DNA of 64,000 nt from Selaginella moellendorffii (lineage: Eukaryota > Plantae > Lycopodiophyta), in NCBI RefSeq assembly GCF_000143415.4, contig NW_003314368.1, positions 144,792 to 208,791 on the forward strand, read 5' to 3'. This document shows, piece by piece, positions 35,095 through 47,560 of this stretch (positions are counted from its first letter, which is position 1; each line of letters opens with the position of its first letter). The notes under the pieces were generated by a model that saw nothing but the letters and a program-made list of their open reading frames with translations, did no database searches and was not told the DNA's origin. A program made the position numbers and the translations under genes.

Positions 35095-36125
35095 CATTGA
35101 AAAGCCTCTTGCCTCAACCCGGCTAGGAGGGAAACGAAAGTCACGACGTCTGGTTTCAGGCATTACAACTTGTGGAACTGGGAGAACACGAGCTCGCGGC
35201 TGTAACCTGCTAGCAGTAGCAGTGCGTTCCAGCACACGAAATCCGGTCTAGATACCTGGTGAGCTTCGGTCTTGCCATTACGTCCACCAGAGATTTTGCG
35301 CCGTAACTCGTGACCGTAGCGGCAGATTTCTCCCTCAAATTGCTGTCCACTTTGCAGCGCTGACAGATTCGCAGAAGCCTTGAGAGCAGCCCCAAATTTT
35401 CCAGAGTTTGGAGTACATACCCCATCATCAAAGTGTTCCAGGAAGTCATGGTGCGAAGAACCATGCGGTTGAAAGTTCTTCTAGCGCCCCACCACCGCCG
35501 CGTTCAGCACAACGAGGTCCAAGTCAACACCGAATGGCAGCTTGACCTTACCATGAATTTGACAAGTGGCGAGCAGCCTTCCCATCCGCTTCCATTCGAG
35601 AGAAAAATCTCCAATGCCAGTCTTTCCTCGCGATTCTCAGCGTACCCGAGAATCAAAGCCGTCCAAGAGACGACCGTGTGGACGAAAACCATTGGAGCAT
35701 CAGTCAAGCTCCCACACTTGGCATAAGTTTCTACCAAACCCTTTTGGACGAAGCTATGGAGGACAGGCTCCTCGTTGAGAGCCATGGAATGAATCGCCAT
35801 TGTCTTCTCCAAAGCCCCGAGCATCACGAGATAAAAACTCTTTTCGTTCCCTTTCTCTGCGAGATTTCCAGAAGCCTTGAGTACGATCGGCCTAGGCTTG
35901 CATCGCCGAGAAGAGATCGCCTTCGCCGCTCTCGGAGCAGCCGACACAACGCTGTGACTAGGCATCCTGGCGAGCATCCGTGAGGCTGCGGCTCCATACA
36001 GCTAGAATTCCCCGGATCGCCGCGTTCGATCGCCGCGGCGTCGACAAGCTTGCTGATCTCTCGATCTGCCGCATTCCAAGCAGCTGCCGATCCAAGCGCT
36101 CGGGCGTGCCAGATCGAAGCTCATC
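35095..36125 (-). pseudogene. Second deletion-riddled copy of the PLS-PPR gene
   Basis: LKASGNLAEK..LGALEK.MAIHSMALNEEPV..YAKCGSLTDA..HTVVSWT.LILGYAENREERLALEIF, MVLRTMTSWNTLMMGYV. Confidence 0.92.
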
Positions 36126-36209
36126 GTTGTCGCGTCAGAAAGAGGGAAATATTTCTATCTAGTAAAGAACCCTAACAAGAGATTTTAGGGTTTTGCGAGA
36201 GGGAGAGAG

Positions 36210-37522
36210 ATGGGCGACAGTCAGTACTCGCTTACTACTTTCAGGTAAATCGATCGCCTCGCCCTAGCTGCCGCTGAGCTGATCTTTTTGCACGCTTGCC
36301 AGTCCATCGGGGAAGCTCGTCCAGATCGAGCATGCTCTCACAGCTGTGGCCGCCGGGCAGACCTCGCTCGGGATCAGAGGTAATTTCTCTCTTTCCTGGT
36401 TCTATGATCTTTTCCCTTGTTGTGGCATTCGCAGTCCGGAATGGAGTTGTCATTGCGACCGAGAAAAAACTTCCATCGATTCTTGTCGATGAAACATCTG
36501 TAAGTTTCCAATTTTTTTCTCCTCCTTTTCTTTTTCTTTTGGGGCGAATCTCACTTTTTTTTTTTGGTGCTGTTTTCTTAGATCCAAAAGGTCCAGAATG
36601 TGACTAGCAATATCGGCAGCGTATACAGGTTTCCCGTTTTGTTCTTGCTTAGTTTTGTTTTTGTCATTCTGGTCGAAGTTCTTAGTAAATCTTTTTCTTG
36701 TCAGTGGCATGGGTCCGGATTCACGGGTGCTCATGCGTAAGAGCCAGAAGCAAGCATTGCAATACTTCCGTCTTTACAAGGTAGGGAGACCGTATTACGT
36801 TTGTCGCACGGTAATCCTACCAAGTCTTGCAATACAGGAACACATTCCTGTCTCCCAACTGGTCAGAGAAATCGCGGCTGTCATGCAGGAATTCACGCAG
36901 TCGGGGTATGTTGGCATCTTCTTTTTCTGCTGGTCATTTCCGCTTGATATTTAAACTACAGTGGTGTACGTCCATTTGGAGTGTCGTTGCTTGTCGCCGG
37001 CTTCGATGACGAAGGTCCGCATTTATATCAGGTATTGTAATGTTATTGGCTCGCGCGGGCACCTGTAATAGTGTCACTATTCAGGTCGATCCGTCAGGTT
37101 CATACTTTTCATGGAAAGCATCCGCGATAGGCAAAAATGCTTCCAACGCCAAGACCTTCCTGGAAAAGAGGTTTCCGACTTGTTTACTAGTTATGTCCGA
37201 CACACTCTCATGCTTTTTTTCTCTACAGGTACACGGACGACCTGGAACTGGAAGATGCAGTCCACACGGCAATCCTGACTTTGAAAGAAGGGTGCGACCT
37301 TTCTCCCGCGACTGCTTTTCTTTCCCAAGGGATAACGTTTTTCGGTTTTATCAGTTTCGAGGGGCAAATTTCCGGGAAGAATATCGAGATTGGCATCGTG
37401 GGGTCGGACCAAAAGTTCAGGTATCTTGTCCATTATCGCTGCAACTTGATGGCAAACGGAGAAAGCCTTGCAGAGCCCTCACGCCCGCTGAGATTGACGA
37501 CTATTTGGCGGAAGTAGAGTAA
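36210..37522 (+). CDS. PAB1: 20S proteasome subunit alpha type-2, 11 exons
   Basis: [80 protein letters not shown]. Confidence 0.95.
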
Positions 37523-39407
37523 TTGGATCGAGAATCGGGACTGTTTTAAGCCCTCTGTTCAAGGTACTTATTGTGGAAACACTCATGCTGGCCGGTGAGA
37601 ACTTCTTGCATCTTTTTGTCTGTCAGTTGCATGCTCTTTTACCTCATCTTCTTCTTGAGAATATTTGTGGCTTCATGCCATGCTGATCCCAAGAACACAA
37701 AGTGACTAGATAACATTATCTGTTGGCATCCGTGTCATGATGCATTCATTCGCGTTTCTGCGTGGCGAAACATCCGTTCTATTCTCAATCATGAGCGCTG
37801 CTGGTTTTATTGTTTCCTTGGCGATTGCGAGATCAGGGGCTTTATGTTGTTTAGCGATTTCTATCGTTTTCAAGACGAGAGTCCGGTCCCTCGGGGTGTG
37901 GCTGGGCTTTCGTCAGCTCTTTGGCTGACGTATGATTGAGAAATGGACACCTGTGTGTGCTTGCTTTTCCCCCTGTTTGTTCTTCTCGAACGCTACTTAA
38001 ACTTTGACGTGATTCGTCCAGTGAACGAAGAACAGCAATGATATTTTCCGAATAGTACTCAAGATGTCACTTTTTGCTTTGGAACACTGCATCTATTATC
38101 TATCTGGGTGGCATTTTGGAGCTGTTTTGCTCTTGCTTTGAGACGAGCTTGTGTGTGAATCTGTATTTTTGTGGCCTGGCTGAATCATCTCTCTCGAACA
38201 TCTCTCTCTCTCTCTCATTCCTCAATCATCCGCATTTCGGGTTCCGGAGATTGCGATTGCAATATCGAGCTTTTTGTGTATTTTACTCGTCAGTGGACGC
38301 CCCGGGCTTGGGTTCTATCCATTTTTTTTCTCTTTTCTCGTTGCTTACTCAGCGTTGTCATTCCAGGAATTCTCCCCCTCTCCTTTTTTTTTTTCTCATA
38401 GTTATCTCTTTCTCTACTTTTTTTTCTTCTTCTTGTTCTTGGTCCTAATCAAAGTGTGAGTGGGGGACCCTTAACTTTGATTTGTGCTTTTGCATCGCAA
38501 GAACAGCACGAAGTCCTTTTCTCGGTTAACGCTGATGGATCCAAATCTTTTCCGATCGACGCACAAATCTAAGCACGAAATCGACGTTTCTAAGTGCACG
38601 TCTTTATATTTTCTATAGTCTATAGTCGCTCATTGTTGACAAGTTCCACCTCCTTGTTTGATGGTCTAATTGCTTTGGTGGCGCTTTTCGCGTGCTTAAG
38701 GCCAGCTCCCTGACAAGCATACAAAGGTGGCGTATTTCTATTAGATTTTTGTGTCGTTGCGTGTGGCCTAATCGTTTTCAGACACATAAATTGGTCGGCG
38801 AAAATTCACATGTGCCTGAAATATAGCGGCTATAGATGTTGAAAATGCGGCATAGATTCGCCAAGCGAGAAAATAACTATTTTCTAAAGGTTTCAAGGGC
38901 TCGATTTAATTTGCTCAAAGCATAACATGCCGCGGGTGGCCACCTGGCCTCCCAAAAGACCAACAAGAAGCATCCGTACGTGCAGCCTGGACCGTCGGCT
39001 CTTAGGCGATCTTGACCGCTGGATGGGATGCGATCCGGGCCGTTGCCTGCGCGAAGGGGGAAAGAAGGTCCGAAAGAATGGGCAAAGGTGAAAATTTTTC
39101 GTGTAGAGTTCATCATTAATATTCCCAAGCCTTGTGAAGGGGTGACCATCCATCAATCAAACTGAAAGAGAAGAAAATAAGAGCAAAGATAAAAAGCAAT
39201 AGAAGTGATAGATTGTTCGATTTGATATGCAAATTCATCACCAAAAGAAAAAATCAATCACAGAAAACTTTGCGTCTTTATGTAAAATTTTAGCTATTTA
39301 CACTTGCGATCAAGCTCGAGAAGAGCTTGGACGTGAAAATTTTCACCCGGTCAAAAAAAGGAGAAAAAAAGAAGTTACAAAAAAAGAAGGAAGTTTCTCT
39401 TTTCTCC

Positions 39408-40049
39408 TTATGTTGTCGCCTGCTTGAGTGATCTCTTGTTCTTGGCGTTTTTGGACATCCATCGGTACTTTAACTTAAAAATCTTGTCGATGCATTTGTG
39501 AATCGCGACGAGCTGGTGATGATCTTTCTTCGGGGGCTGTGATTCACATCCAGTGGCAGCGACATTTTGCTCTAGAGCAGGCTGGATCGTGCGAGAATTC
39601 ATCGAATTCACTGCAAGAACAGAGCACCAAAAACAGAGTGAGCAAAGCCGAATGACTATATAATCCGAGAATCCGAGCACTTGGGCTGGCATCTCACCTG
39701 GAGAAATCGATGGCGATGGACTCGATTTTTTCTTGCTGGATCGCGGCCCCAGGCCGAATGCGATTCCGCTTTTGCTACGGTAGCACTTGAGCTCCACTGC
39801 CTGCGCGTGCTGGAAGAGATTGTCGCGGCAAACCGACGCGTTCTTCTCCAAGTTCCCGATGATCACAGTGGCTTCTTTGCTGAGGCGCGCGATTGCCGAA
39901 TCCACTTCCATTCCAATGTGCTCCACCATGCGGTCCACTTTGTTGCTAATCTTCTCCAGTGTGGAGATCGTTCTCGCCACCAGATAGAGCACTGCGACCG
40001 TCGTGATCCCAAACCACACGAGATCCATCTGCGTCGTCTCAATCTTCAT
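39408..40049 (-). CDS. Hypothetical single-TM / helical protein
   Basis: Open frame from MKIETTQMDLVWFGITTVAVLYLVA; no recognised family; 3' end may be spliced. Confidence 0.4.
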   Translation of the reverse strand: MKIETTQMDLVWFGITTVAVLYLVARTISTLEKISNKVDRMVEHIGMEVDSAIARLSKEATVIIGNLEKNASVCRDNLFQHAQAVELKCYRSKSGIAFGLGPRSSKKKSSPSPSISPGEMPAQVLGFSDYIVIRLCSLCFWCSVLAVNSMNSRTIQPALEQNVAATGCESQPPKKDHHQLVAIHKCIDKIFKLKYRWMSKNAKNKRSLKQATT

Positions 40050-40652
40050 GGCAGCTGCTGTGATGATGCAATCCAAAAACTTCTCGCCCGAAGAAATTCG
40101 CTCAAAGGCTTTGCTTGATTTAAGAATACTCTCTCTCGACTCTCTCTCGACTCGCGTGATTTGGGAAATCTTCTCTCTTTTTTTCTTCTTTCCTTTCTTT
40201 GGGAATCTTTGCACTTGCCTTGAAGAGAGCTTAATAACCACTGAGTCGTTTATATACTCGACCAAGTGACAGGGTCCCATTCAAGCGCCAAAAAAACACA
40301 GAAGAAAACGAAATAGAAATAGTTAACTTAGCTTTAAGCTTTGCTTTTCTCGATCTAATGTAGATTAAGATCCCGTTACTCCTTTGTGATTTTGCTCTCC
40401 AGCTCCATAAAGCAGCCATTGTTCCAATTCACGTGGTAATTCCTTAGAGTAATACGAGGACCAACCTGGAGCATTGACTACCGTTGAATAACGAAATTTT
40501 ATCTTTTGACCAGCCATTCACCTAGAGACTCGTGGTCAAAATCACTGTGGTAATGCCGGCCTGAATAATCTATCCCGGCAAGCACGAGAAGCATATTCTA
40601 AGAGAACATTCAAGGCATATTCTAGGGCTAGGGTTTTTGGAGCTCGCGAGCA

Positions 40653-41085
40653 ATGGGGGGCGATCCATCGCATGGCGCGGCTTCTTCTTCGGGGCATCAT
40701 CCACCGCAGGGGCACAAGGGATGGCCGGAGCACTGGCCCAAGGATTACTCGGGATGGAACGACGACATCTGGACACCATTCGGCGGCCCCTACTGCAATC
40801 CCAGGAATTGGCGCCGCAACACCGCGCTCACGCTGCTAGGGATCTTCCTGATTTGCATCCCAATCGCCCGGCTCTCGGCGCGCCTCGAGGTAATCCATCC
40901 TACATTCTCTCCTCTCCAGATTTTCGCGATCGACCCTGATCGATGGGCTGGTTTTGATCGATGTGGAACAGCAACGCCCAGTGCCGCCGCATTTCCCGAT
41001 TCCCTCGCAGCTCTGGTGCAAGAATTTCGGGCCGCCGTTGGATCAAGACGAGGAGGACGAGGACAGCAAGATCAGGATCTCGTAG
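40653..41085 (+). CDS. Small membrane subunit of mitochondrial complex I (At4g00585-like), 2 exons
   Basis: W..GGPYCNPRNWRRNTAL..GIFLICIPIARLSARLE|QRPVPPHFPIPSQLWCKNFG; intron 40890-40971; family recalled from memory. Confidence 0.75.
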
Positions 41086-41238
41086 AGCAGTGGTGGAAGC
41101 CAATAAGTTTTTCCATGTAGCCACGTGGACGGCTGAGATTTGGAACTTCTCAAACGAAGATGTTCAGTGCCCACGCGGGTCAAGAACTTTAGGGTTTCTG
41201 GAGCTTTCGAGAATATCCCGGAGCTCCTAATCTACGCG

Positions 41239-42093
41239 ATGAATCTCAAGCGCAAGGGGCCAGACGATAGCGATCCCAGCGCAGCTCTCTACGGGCTGCT
41301 CCCCAGCAAGAAGCTGCGACAGGTATGGATTGATCGCCTCGCGCTGATAATGCGGTGAAATTCTCGCGGTTCTTGACGCGATGGGGCGGGATTTCGCAGG
41401 AATCGGAGGATTTTTTGCCCGATTTCTCCCGGAACGGGCCCGTTGCGATCCCCGAGGTCTGTCCCGTAGAGATCCCCAGCGATACACCAGTGGACTCTAC
41501 ACCTATTTCTTTGATCGTTACAGAGCCCGATGCTGATGAGAGAGCTTTAGTCTTGTACAGGCCCATGGATCTTCCCGATCGCTCCAAGCCTCGGCTTAGA
41601 CAAGTGAATGGATCCTTTCCACGCCACTACAGAGGTATGTTTCCTCTGAAACTTCCGTGAGCAAAGAGAGAGAAAAAACACGATTTTGCTTGGTTTGTTT
41701 CACTTCTTTCATCCAGATTTCCAAGTCTCCGATGCTGTGGAGTGGTTTTCTCCATCCAAATCGTTCAAGCACGATTTCGCATTGTCGAGTGGAATGGGTA
41801 TGAACAACAGCTTGGCGGTGATTCCCTACGTCGCGCCTCCAAGTTTCCGCGACGGTGGACGAGTGATTATCGAAGATATCACCGACCAAGTTCGCCAGGA
41901 GGAGGAAGACCAAGCGAAAGAACAAGCCATGGCTATGGAGGAAGAGGCGACGCCCATGGACGAAGAGATGGCGGATGCTACAGTGGACGAAGCTACTCCC
42001 CAGTTCATCGTCCAGCAGCCGTGCGAGGTTCCATCGTGGCACCTGTTTGATCCAAACTTTGCTACTCCAGTTATGTGGTCTAGCGGATCCTGA
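41239..42093 (+). CDS. Conserved plant protein of unknown function, 3 exons
   Basis: MNLKRK..SKKLR, DERALVLYRP, SLAVIPY and terminal TPVMWS motifs; clean GT-AG introns. Confidence 0.65.
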
Positions 42094-42215
42094 TTGGAAG
42101 TGTCACCTAGTTTTCTTTCTTCTTGATAGAGCTAGCTAGCCGTAGGCGTTAAAAGTTTTAAATCATGAGGGGCTATCGTCTTATTAGGGTTTTAAAGAGG
42201 GATGCTAAAGCTGCG

Positions 42216-43253
42216 ATGGCGGCGATAGCACATCTTGCGAGGGATGCCGATGGAGACGATAGAAATGCGCGCGTCGATCCGAGAGATGTCGAGCAGGTGT
42301 TGCTGGCAGCGGCAGAGACGATCGCGTCGTGCATGCAAGCAGCGGCCGAAATATCGGGGCTTGAATCGGCTCGAGATGCTCCAACCAGGGTTTCTCCAGC
42401 CTCCAGCCCGCCGGAATCTCGGATTATTTCTTCTTCAGAGGGAAAGATCGATTCTTTGGTTCCGATTAGCCACCGGTCGAGCAAGAATCGCGACGCTAGC
42501 ACCGATTTATCTCGATCGGCGGAGCAAGATGGGCGTTCTTCCAGAAAAGCGGAGGCAAGGATCATCCAAACAAGCCGCGAGGGGCATCCAAGCAAGCGCC
42601 TTCGATCTTCTTCTTCTCCATCCGGTGTCAGTTGCAACGACGACGCAAAGAAATCGAAGCACCAGCGAGTGTCAGTGTTTGAGAGGCTCGCGTTTCCACC
42701 AGTCCAGGAAGGTAATGGCGATTCTTTTCTCGAGCCCGGGGCACTGGAAGGGATGATCTTTGGATGCACAACGGAGACCAAGCGCGAGTGTGAGCGGCGA
42801 AAGCTTTTTGGGCTCCCGGCATCAAATCAAGCCAACGTTCTACGCGTCGCTCCAGGTACTGTGCTCTTTCTTTTTAATTACGACACGAAGGAACTCTCGG
42901 GAGTGTACGAGGCCGTTTCGCACGGGGCCATGAACATCGTCGCCGATGCTTTCGAGGAATGGGGATCGTTTCCAGCACAGGTTCACGAGATTTTCGTTTC
43001 CTTTTCGTTTCACCGATTCCAATTTTTTCTTCTTTGATCCAAGGTGGAAGTTCGCCGAGTTCTCAAATGCCAAGAGCTTCCCTTCAGTCATTTCAAGCGT
43101 GCAATCCTGGAGAACTTCTTCACTGACAAGAAGTTTCACTATGATCTCACGGGCTACCAGGTTCGCTCTACTTACGTTGCCATTGTTTTGTTGTTCTATT
43201 GTTTTGAATAGGTGGATTCTCTGGTGGAAATGTTTAGAGCGCTTCTGCTATAG
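42216..43253 (+). CDS. DCD (development and cell death) domain protein, 3 exons
   Basis: GMIFGCTTETKRECERRKLFGLP..VAPGTVLFLFNYDTKELSGVYEA.SHGAMNIVADAF..FPAQV. Confidence 0.88.
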
Positions 43254-43294
43254 TGTAAGTAATCGCTTCTTCTTTACATAGACAATAATGAACT

Positions 43295-44119
43295 TCATAT
43301 AGGTGGCGGCTTCACGTCGGCCAAGCTCGCGGCAATGGCTGCAGCCAGCTCTGATTCATCAACTTCCACATCGTCCTCTCTCGTCGGAACCGTCGTCGTC
43401 GTCTTCGTCCCATCCGGCTCGTCAAGATCTTTCAAGCTAGCTTTGATGGCGGCCTCCAGCATCGGATCCGACTCCTCCGCGGCGGCCTTCTGGCTCTCCT
43501 GACTGGCGGCCAGCTCGAGCGCCTGCTGGGCTTCCTGGGGAGTGAACCATCGCCCAAAACTCCCATCATCCGGGGAAGAAGCTCCGGCCGCATTGAAGTC
43601 CCGGGGGAGCTCGCCCTGCACGGCGAAGATGCTCCATCCCTCGTTCTTGAGCGAGTCGAGGAAGGCCGAGGCGTAGAAGCTGGAGAGGTGCTGGGGAGCC
43701 GGCAAGAGGCTGTTGAAGTTGTACCACTGGGCTCCAATCCGGCGGAGCGCGAACCAGTGATCGTGGAGGTTGCAGATGTAAGCGGCGATCTCGGTGGTGG
43801 CGGTGGCGAGCTCGGGGGAATTGAGAGGGAGGCACTTGAGATCGAGCGCGGCGAGCGCGCGCTGGAGGACCTGGATGCTGAAGTTGCCGTCGAGGGCGAC
43901 GTTGGAGGAGGCCTCGGAGACGAAGCGGAGGTAGTCGGGAGAGTGGGCGTCGCCGCCGCCGCTCTCGAGCATCACGTCGCGCTCGCTCTGGTCGAGGTCG
44001 CGCGCGATGGCCGCCAGCTCCAGCTCCGAGAAGTAGGGGCCCTGGAGCACCGCATTGAGGCAGTGCACGGCGCACAGCTTGGATTCCTGCGTCTCGTGAT
44101 AGAGCAGCGGGCTCGCCAT
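43295..44119 (-). CDS. Ataxin-3 / Josephin deubiquitinase with two UIM-like motifs (intronless)
   Basis: YHETQESKLCAVHCLN, GNFSIQVL, HWFALR, WYNFNSL (Cys-His-Asn triad); LEAAIKASL, LAAAIAASL. Confidence 0.93.
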   Translation of the reverse strand: MASPLLYHETQESKLCAVHCLNAVLQGPYFSELELAAIARDLDQSERDVMLESGGGDAHSPDYLRFVSEASSNVALDGNFSIQVLQRALAALDLKCLPLNSPELATATTEIAAYICNLHDHWFALRRIGAQWYNFNSLLPAPQHLSSFYASAFLDSLKNEGWSIFAVQGELPRDFNAAGASSPDDGSFGRWFTPQEAQQALELAASQESQKAAAEESDPMLEAAIKASLKDLDEPDGTKTTTTVPTREDDVEVDESELAAAIAASLADVKPPPI

Positions 44120-44275
44120 AGCTTCACAAAGCCCTAACCCTAATCGAATACTCTGGTATCTTTAGTTTCATGCTTTCTACGTGTCTCGCTGTGGTTGTTA
44201 CATGTGGCAAATTAGGAGCCGTTCATTGCTTTGAGTGCGTGGCGGGCTTTAGGGCATAGCTTTAGCCTTGTGACT

Positions 44276-45323
44276 ATGCGTTGTGGAGCTCGATCCATGG
44301 CGCTTGTCTCGGTATCGCTCGTGCCCTCGTCGCGTGGAGCTCTCGTCTCCACATCGGCCACAGCTGTCTCTGGATCCAGGCCTCGCAAGGTTTGGCTCCC
44401 GCATTTCCCTCGAGCTGCCGCCTCGAATCCGGCGCTGGTAGCGTCGAAATCGAGCGTGTTTGGGAGGAGATTGGCCCTTGGCGCTGTTGGAGCTGGCGTT
44501 GCAGCTCAGATTGCTTGGGGCGCGGGGAAGGCGTTTGCTTCCACGGCGACCAAGGAGAAATCCATCCACGATTTCACTGTCAAGGTATGGACGGGTCGAT
44601 TTGATGTTCGGGATTTTGATGATTTGGTAAGACATTAGAATATCGATGGGAAAGACATAGATTTGAGCATGTACAAGGGGAAAGTTCTACTCGTTGTCAA
44701 CATTGCTTCTCAATGGTGTGTGCTATAAACGTTTGAAAGCATCGGTTTTGACAAGGTTTTCTTTCTTTTTCTTATGATGTTTCCAGTGGATTGACTTCCG
44801 GGAACTATAAAGAATTGGTAGAGGTTCACAAGAAATACAAAGACCAAGGTAAGCTGTAAGCTACAAAATAAAACACTGCTCTTTCTTGTCTCTTGTCTCA
44901 GGCTTTGAGGTTTTAGCATTTCCATGCAACCAGTTTGGTGGCCAGGAACCAGGAACTAATGAGGAAATCAAGCAGTTTGCGTGCACCAGATACAAGGCAG
45001 AGTTTCCAATCTTCGACAAGGTAACTGCTTAAAGCGTTTTTTTTCCCTTCTCTAAGTCGTTTTTTTGCGATGAAGGTGGATGTGAATGGGCCATCGACAG
45101 CTCCAGTTTATCAATTCCTCAAGAGCAGCAAAGGCGGATTGCTGGGCGATAGCATCAAATGGAATTTCGGTAAATTTCTAGTGAACAAAGATGGGCAAGT
45201 TGTGGAAAGATATGCTCCCACCACTTCTCCCTTCCAGATCGAGGTAAGAACTCTTCCTGATTTTTTTGTCTTTTCTCTCTAAACTATTGTCCTCCACAGG
45301 GCGACATTAAGAAGCTGCTATAA
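44276..45323 (+). CDS. GPX: Glutathione peroxidase (PHGPX-type) with organellar transit peptide, 6 exons
   Basis: [52 protein letters not shown]. Confidence 0.93.
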
Positions 45324-45589
45324 AATTCTAAACCCAGGTTTTGGTGTAAATCTGATTGTGAGCATAATGAAGGAGCATGCGACTCTAATCCTACATGCAT
45401 GCAATTCAGTTCATTCTAGCAGCACGGAAGAACTTATTTTTTGAGAAACCTTTAAACATGGAGTGTCCATAGCCTGTTATTTTGGTGGCTCGCGGAGCGA
45501 GGAATTCGTTTTCCGGTCGGCTTAACATGCACCCAAGATTTTGTTACAATCAAATGGTTATCAGCATATATATGATATCATGTACAGTA

Positions 45590-46180
45590 TCAAGCAACAG
45601 GAGCGGGAGCGGGAGCAAGCTCCACACGATTTCGCTCAAGGCAAGGTCCGCTCGACGCTACACTCGAACTAGACCACACAATCACATCCAACGAATTTCG
45701 AAGCGTAAGACCTGTACCATTAAAAATCGTCATGGAACTCGCGCCTTGTCCATCTGTGTCGCTCCTCCAGAAGAGCGAAGAAGGACGATTGCCCTGGCGC
45801 TCCACTTGCAGCTCGAGCTCCAAGCTCCCGTTGGTGGTGAAGCGAACTATGCAAGTAACTGGGCTCGCCGGGGGTGCAAACAAACAGGCGACCCCCACAC
45901 AAGGCTCTGCCGTAGTGGCGGTGGAAGGATGGGAGCCTCTTGCTGGAGTTGGATCTGGCAGCTGCTGGAAGTGGTGTTGAAGAAGAGCACAGCCACAGCG
46001 GAGTTGTCTGGAGATCTCAGCCACTGTTGTCCTCCTGTTATCGAAGCTGTGCCATTTCCTTGAACAGTGATGAGTGCCGTGCTGAAGTTGCCATCGATTC
46101 GATCAGGCGTTAGTGATTCAACTTGAGCGCAGGTCATGGACGCAGACATCAGCAGTGCTGGAAGCAAGAGAAGGATTAGC
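45590..46180 (-). pseudogene. Secreted bulb-type-lectin-like protein, apparently frameshifted
   Basis: Signal-like LILLLPALLMSASMTCA; FTTNGSLEL..WRSDTDGQGASSMTI..LTLRNSLDVIVWSS resembles B-lectin; two overlapping frames joined near 45890. Confidence 0.4.
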
Positions 46181-46644
46181 TGTCTAGTCCTAGTAAATTC
46201 AGCAGGATCATCACGTCCTCCTGGACGGCATTGTTGGAGAGATCAAGCTCCGACAACCAACAAAGGTTTCCAAAGCCAGAGACAGGAGCTTGCCGGATTT
46301 GCCATCGTATACACTTTGAGCTGCATGGAGGAGATTAACACTCCAACTTGAGGCACCCAAGGAAGATCTGGAGAGGATCTAGAGACGTGTGTTGGAATTG
46401 GTTGCAGCACTCTTCTCCATTTACTCTACTGCGATTTTGCACCGGAAGAGTGTCAGATGGAGCTGATTCCAAGAGTAGTGGCAAATGGAGTCTTCAAGAA
46501 ACTTTTGCAACTTGTAAAAAGCAGTTCTTTTTATTTAAGAAAAGAATTCAGTTTAGCAATTGTACGAAAGCAGTTGTCCTGAGATAACATACGAATGTGT
46601 TAAAGATAAAAAAGGTCAAAAACATTAAGGCAACCTAAGACCGT

Positions 46645-47088
46645 TTAATTGTTCCTTGTCACTCGTGGAATAGGATGATAATGAACATTTGGAAATATAT
46701 AGCCCATATCCCCTCTCCGTCGTATATGTCCTGGAAACCTTGGTAACTTGAGCTCGCCTGTGTCTTTCCTTACAAATGTCATAAAGACCCATTCATCTTC
46801 GTCTTCCACCCAAACAATTTGATGCATCTCCCCATCACGTTTATTCTTGACAATTGCACAAAACATAAGCATCTTGCCATAGTACACCATTTCAGGAAGA
46901 GAAGGGTATATTCGACCCTGGACAAGTTCATACTTCATAAAATACACCTTGGCAGTTGCATAGGGTGGATCAAACTCAATGGAATGCATTGCCTGCCCAA
47001 AACTATCTTCTTCAAGACTGCCCAAATGCATTCCCATGACTTCTCCAAACCCCATCTTGCTGGCAATCCTTCTTACCTTGCTCTCCAT
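46645..47088 (-). CDS. Hypothetical protein (probably has upstream exons to ~47509)
   Basis: 147-aa ORF; a paralogous fragment at 14520-14604 conserves EMHQIVWVED.[DN]EWVFM. Confidence 0.45.
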   Translation of the reverse strand: MESKVRRIASKMGFGEVMGMHLGSLEEDSFGQAMHSIEFDPPYATAKVYFMKYELVQGRIYPSLPEMVYYGKMLMFCAIVKNKRDGEMHQIVWVEDEDEWVFMTFVRKDTGELKLPRFPGHIRRRGDMGYIFPNVHYHPIPRVTRNN

Positions 47089-47510
47089 CTGTCAAAACCC
47101 TATTCCCAAAAGACCTTCCCATAAAACCTACTTTTATAGATGGTTGAAAAGGGCGAAATAATCTAGATTGATCTTCTTGTTTTCTCCAAGCTTTGTTAAG
47201 AATTCTTCTTATGCTATCAAAGATCTCGATTGTGTTTGCCAGCATCAGTTCCCTACTCATCCCTGCTAATTCTTCAAGAAGCTAAACAGCAAATGGAATT
47301 TTGGGACAGGCTTTGGGTGAATCCTCAAAGGGTGTTCTAGCTCTAGAAGAAAAAATGGGGTGTGGGATCACTTGAAGTAGATCGATGCTACTGAGAATAA
47401 AAAGCATCGAGCCAAGCATAGCAAATCCCCGCGCTTCGCTTCCATTTAGGTGATTCCGCAAAGCAAACCGCCCATATGCGCGGCGGCTGCTGTAAAGACC
47501 ACCACACATA

Positions 47511-47519
47511 AACCCTAAA
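47511..47519 (+). promoter_or_regulatory. Telo-box (AAACCCTAA), representative of many in the window
   Basis: Also at 14626, 36185, 41189, 42184, 63544, with shorter variants at 65, ~40630, ~44133, ~52871, ~52900; all close to gene starts. Confidence 0.6.
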
Positions 47520-47560
47520 CCTTGCCCACAAATTAGGGTTCTTCGTTGGGAAGAGAGAGA

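Noticed and set aside
37550-39300. miRNA precursor or small gene in a CT-rich region
   Set aside because: No conserved miRNA sequence or clear foldback recognised
43432-44137. Long alternative-frame and antisense ORFs over ataxin-3
   Set aside because: Expected from high GC content
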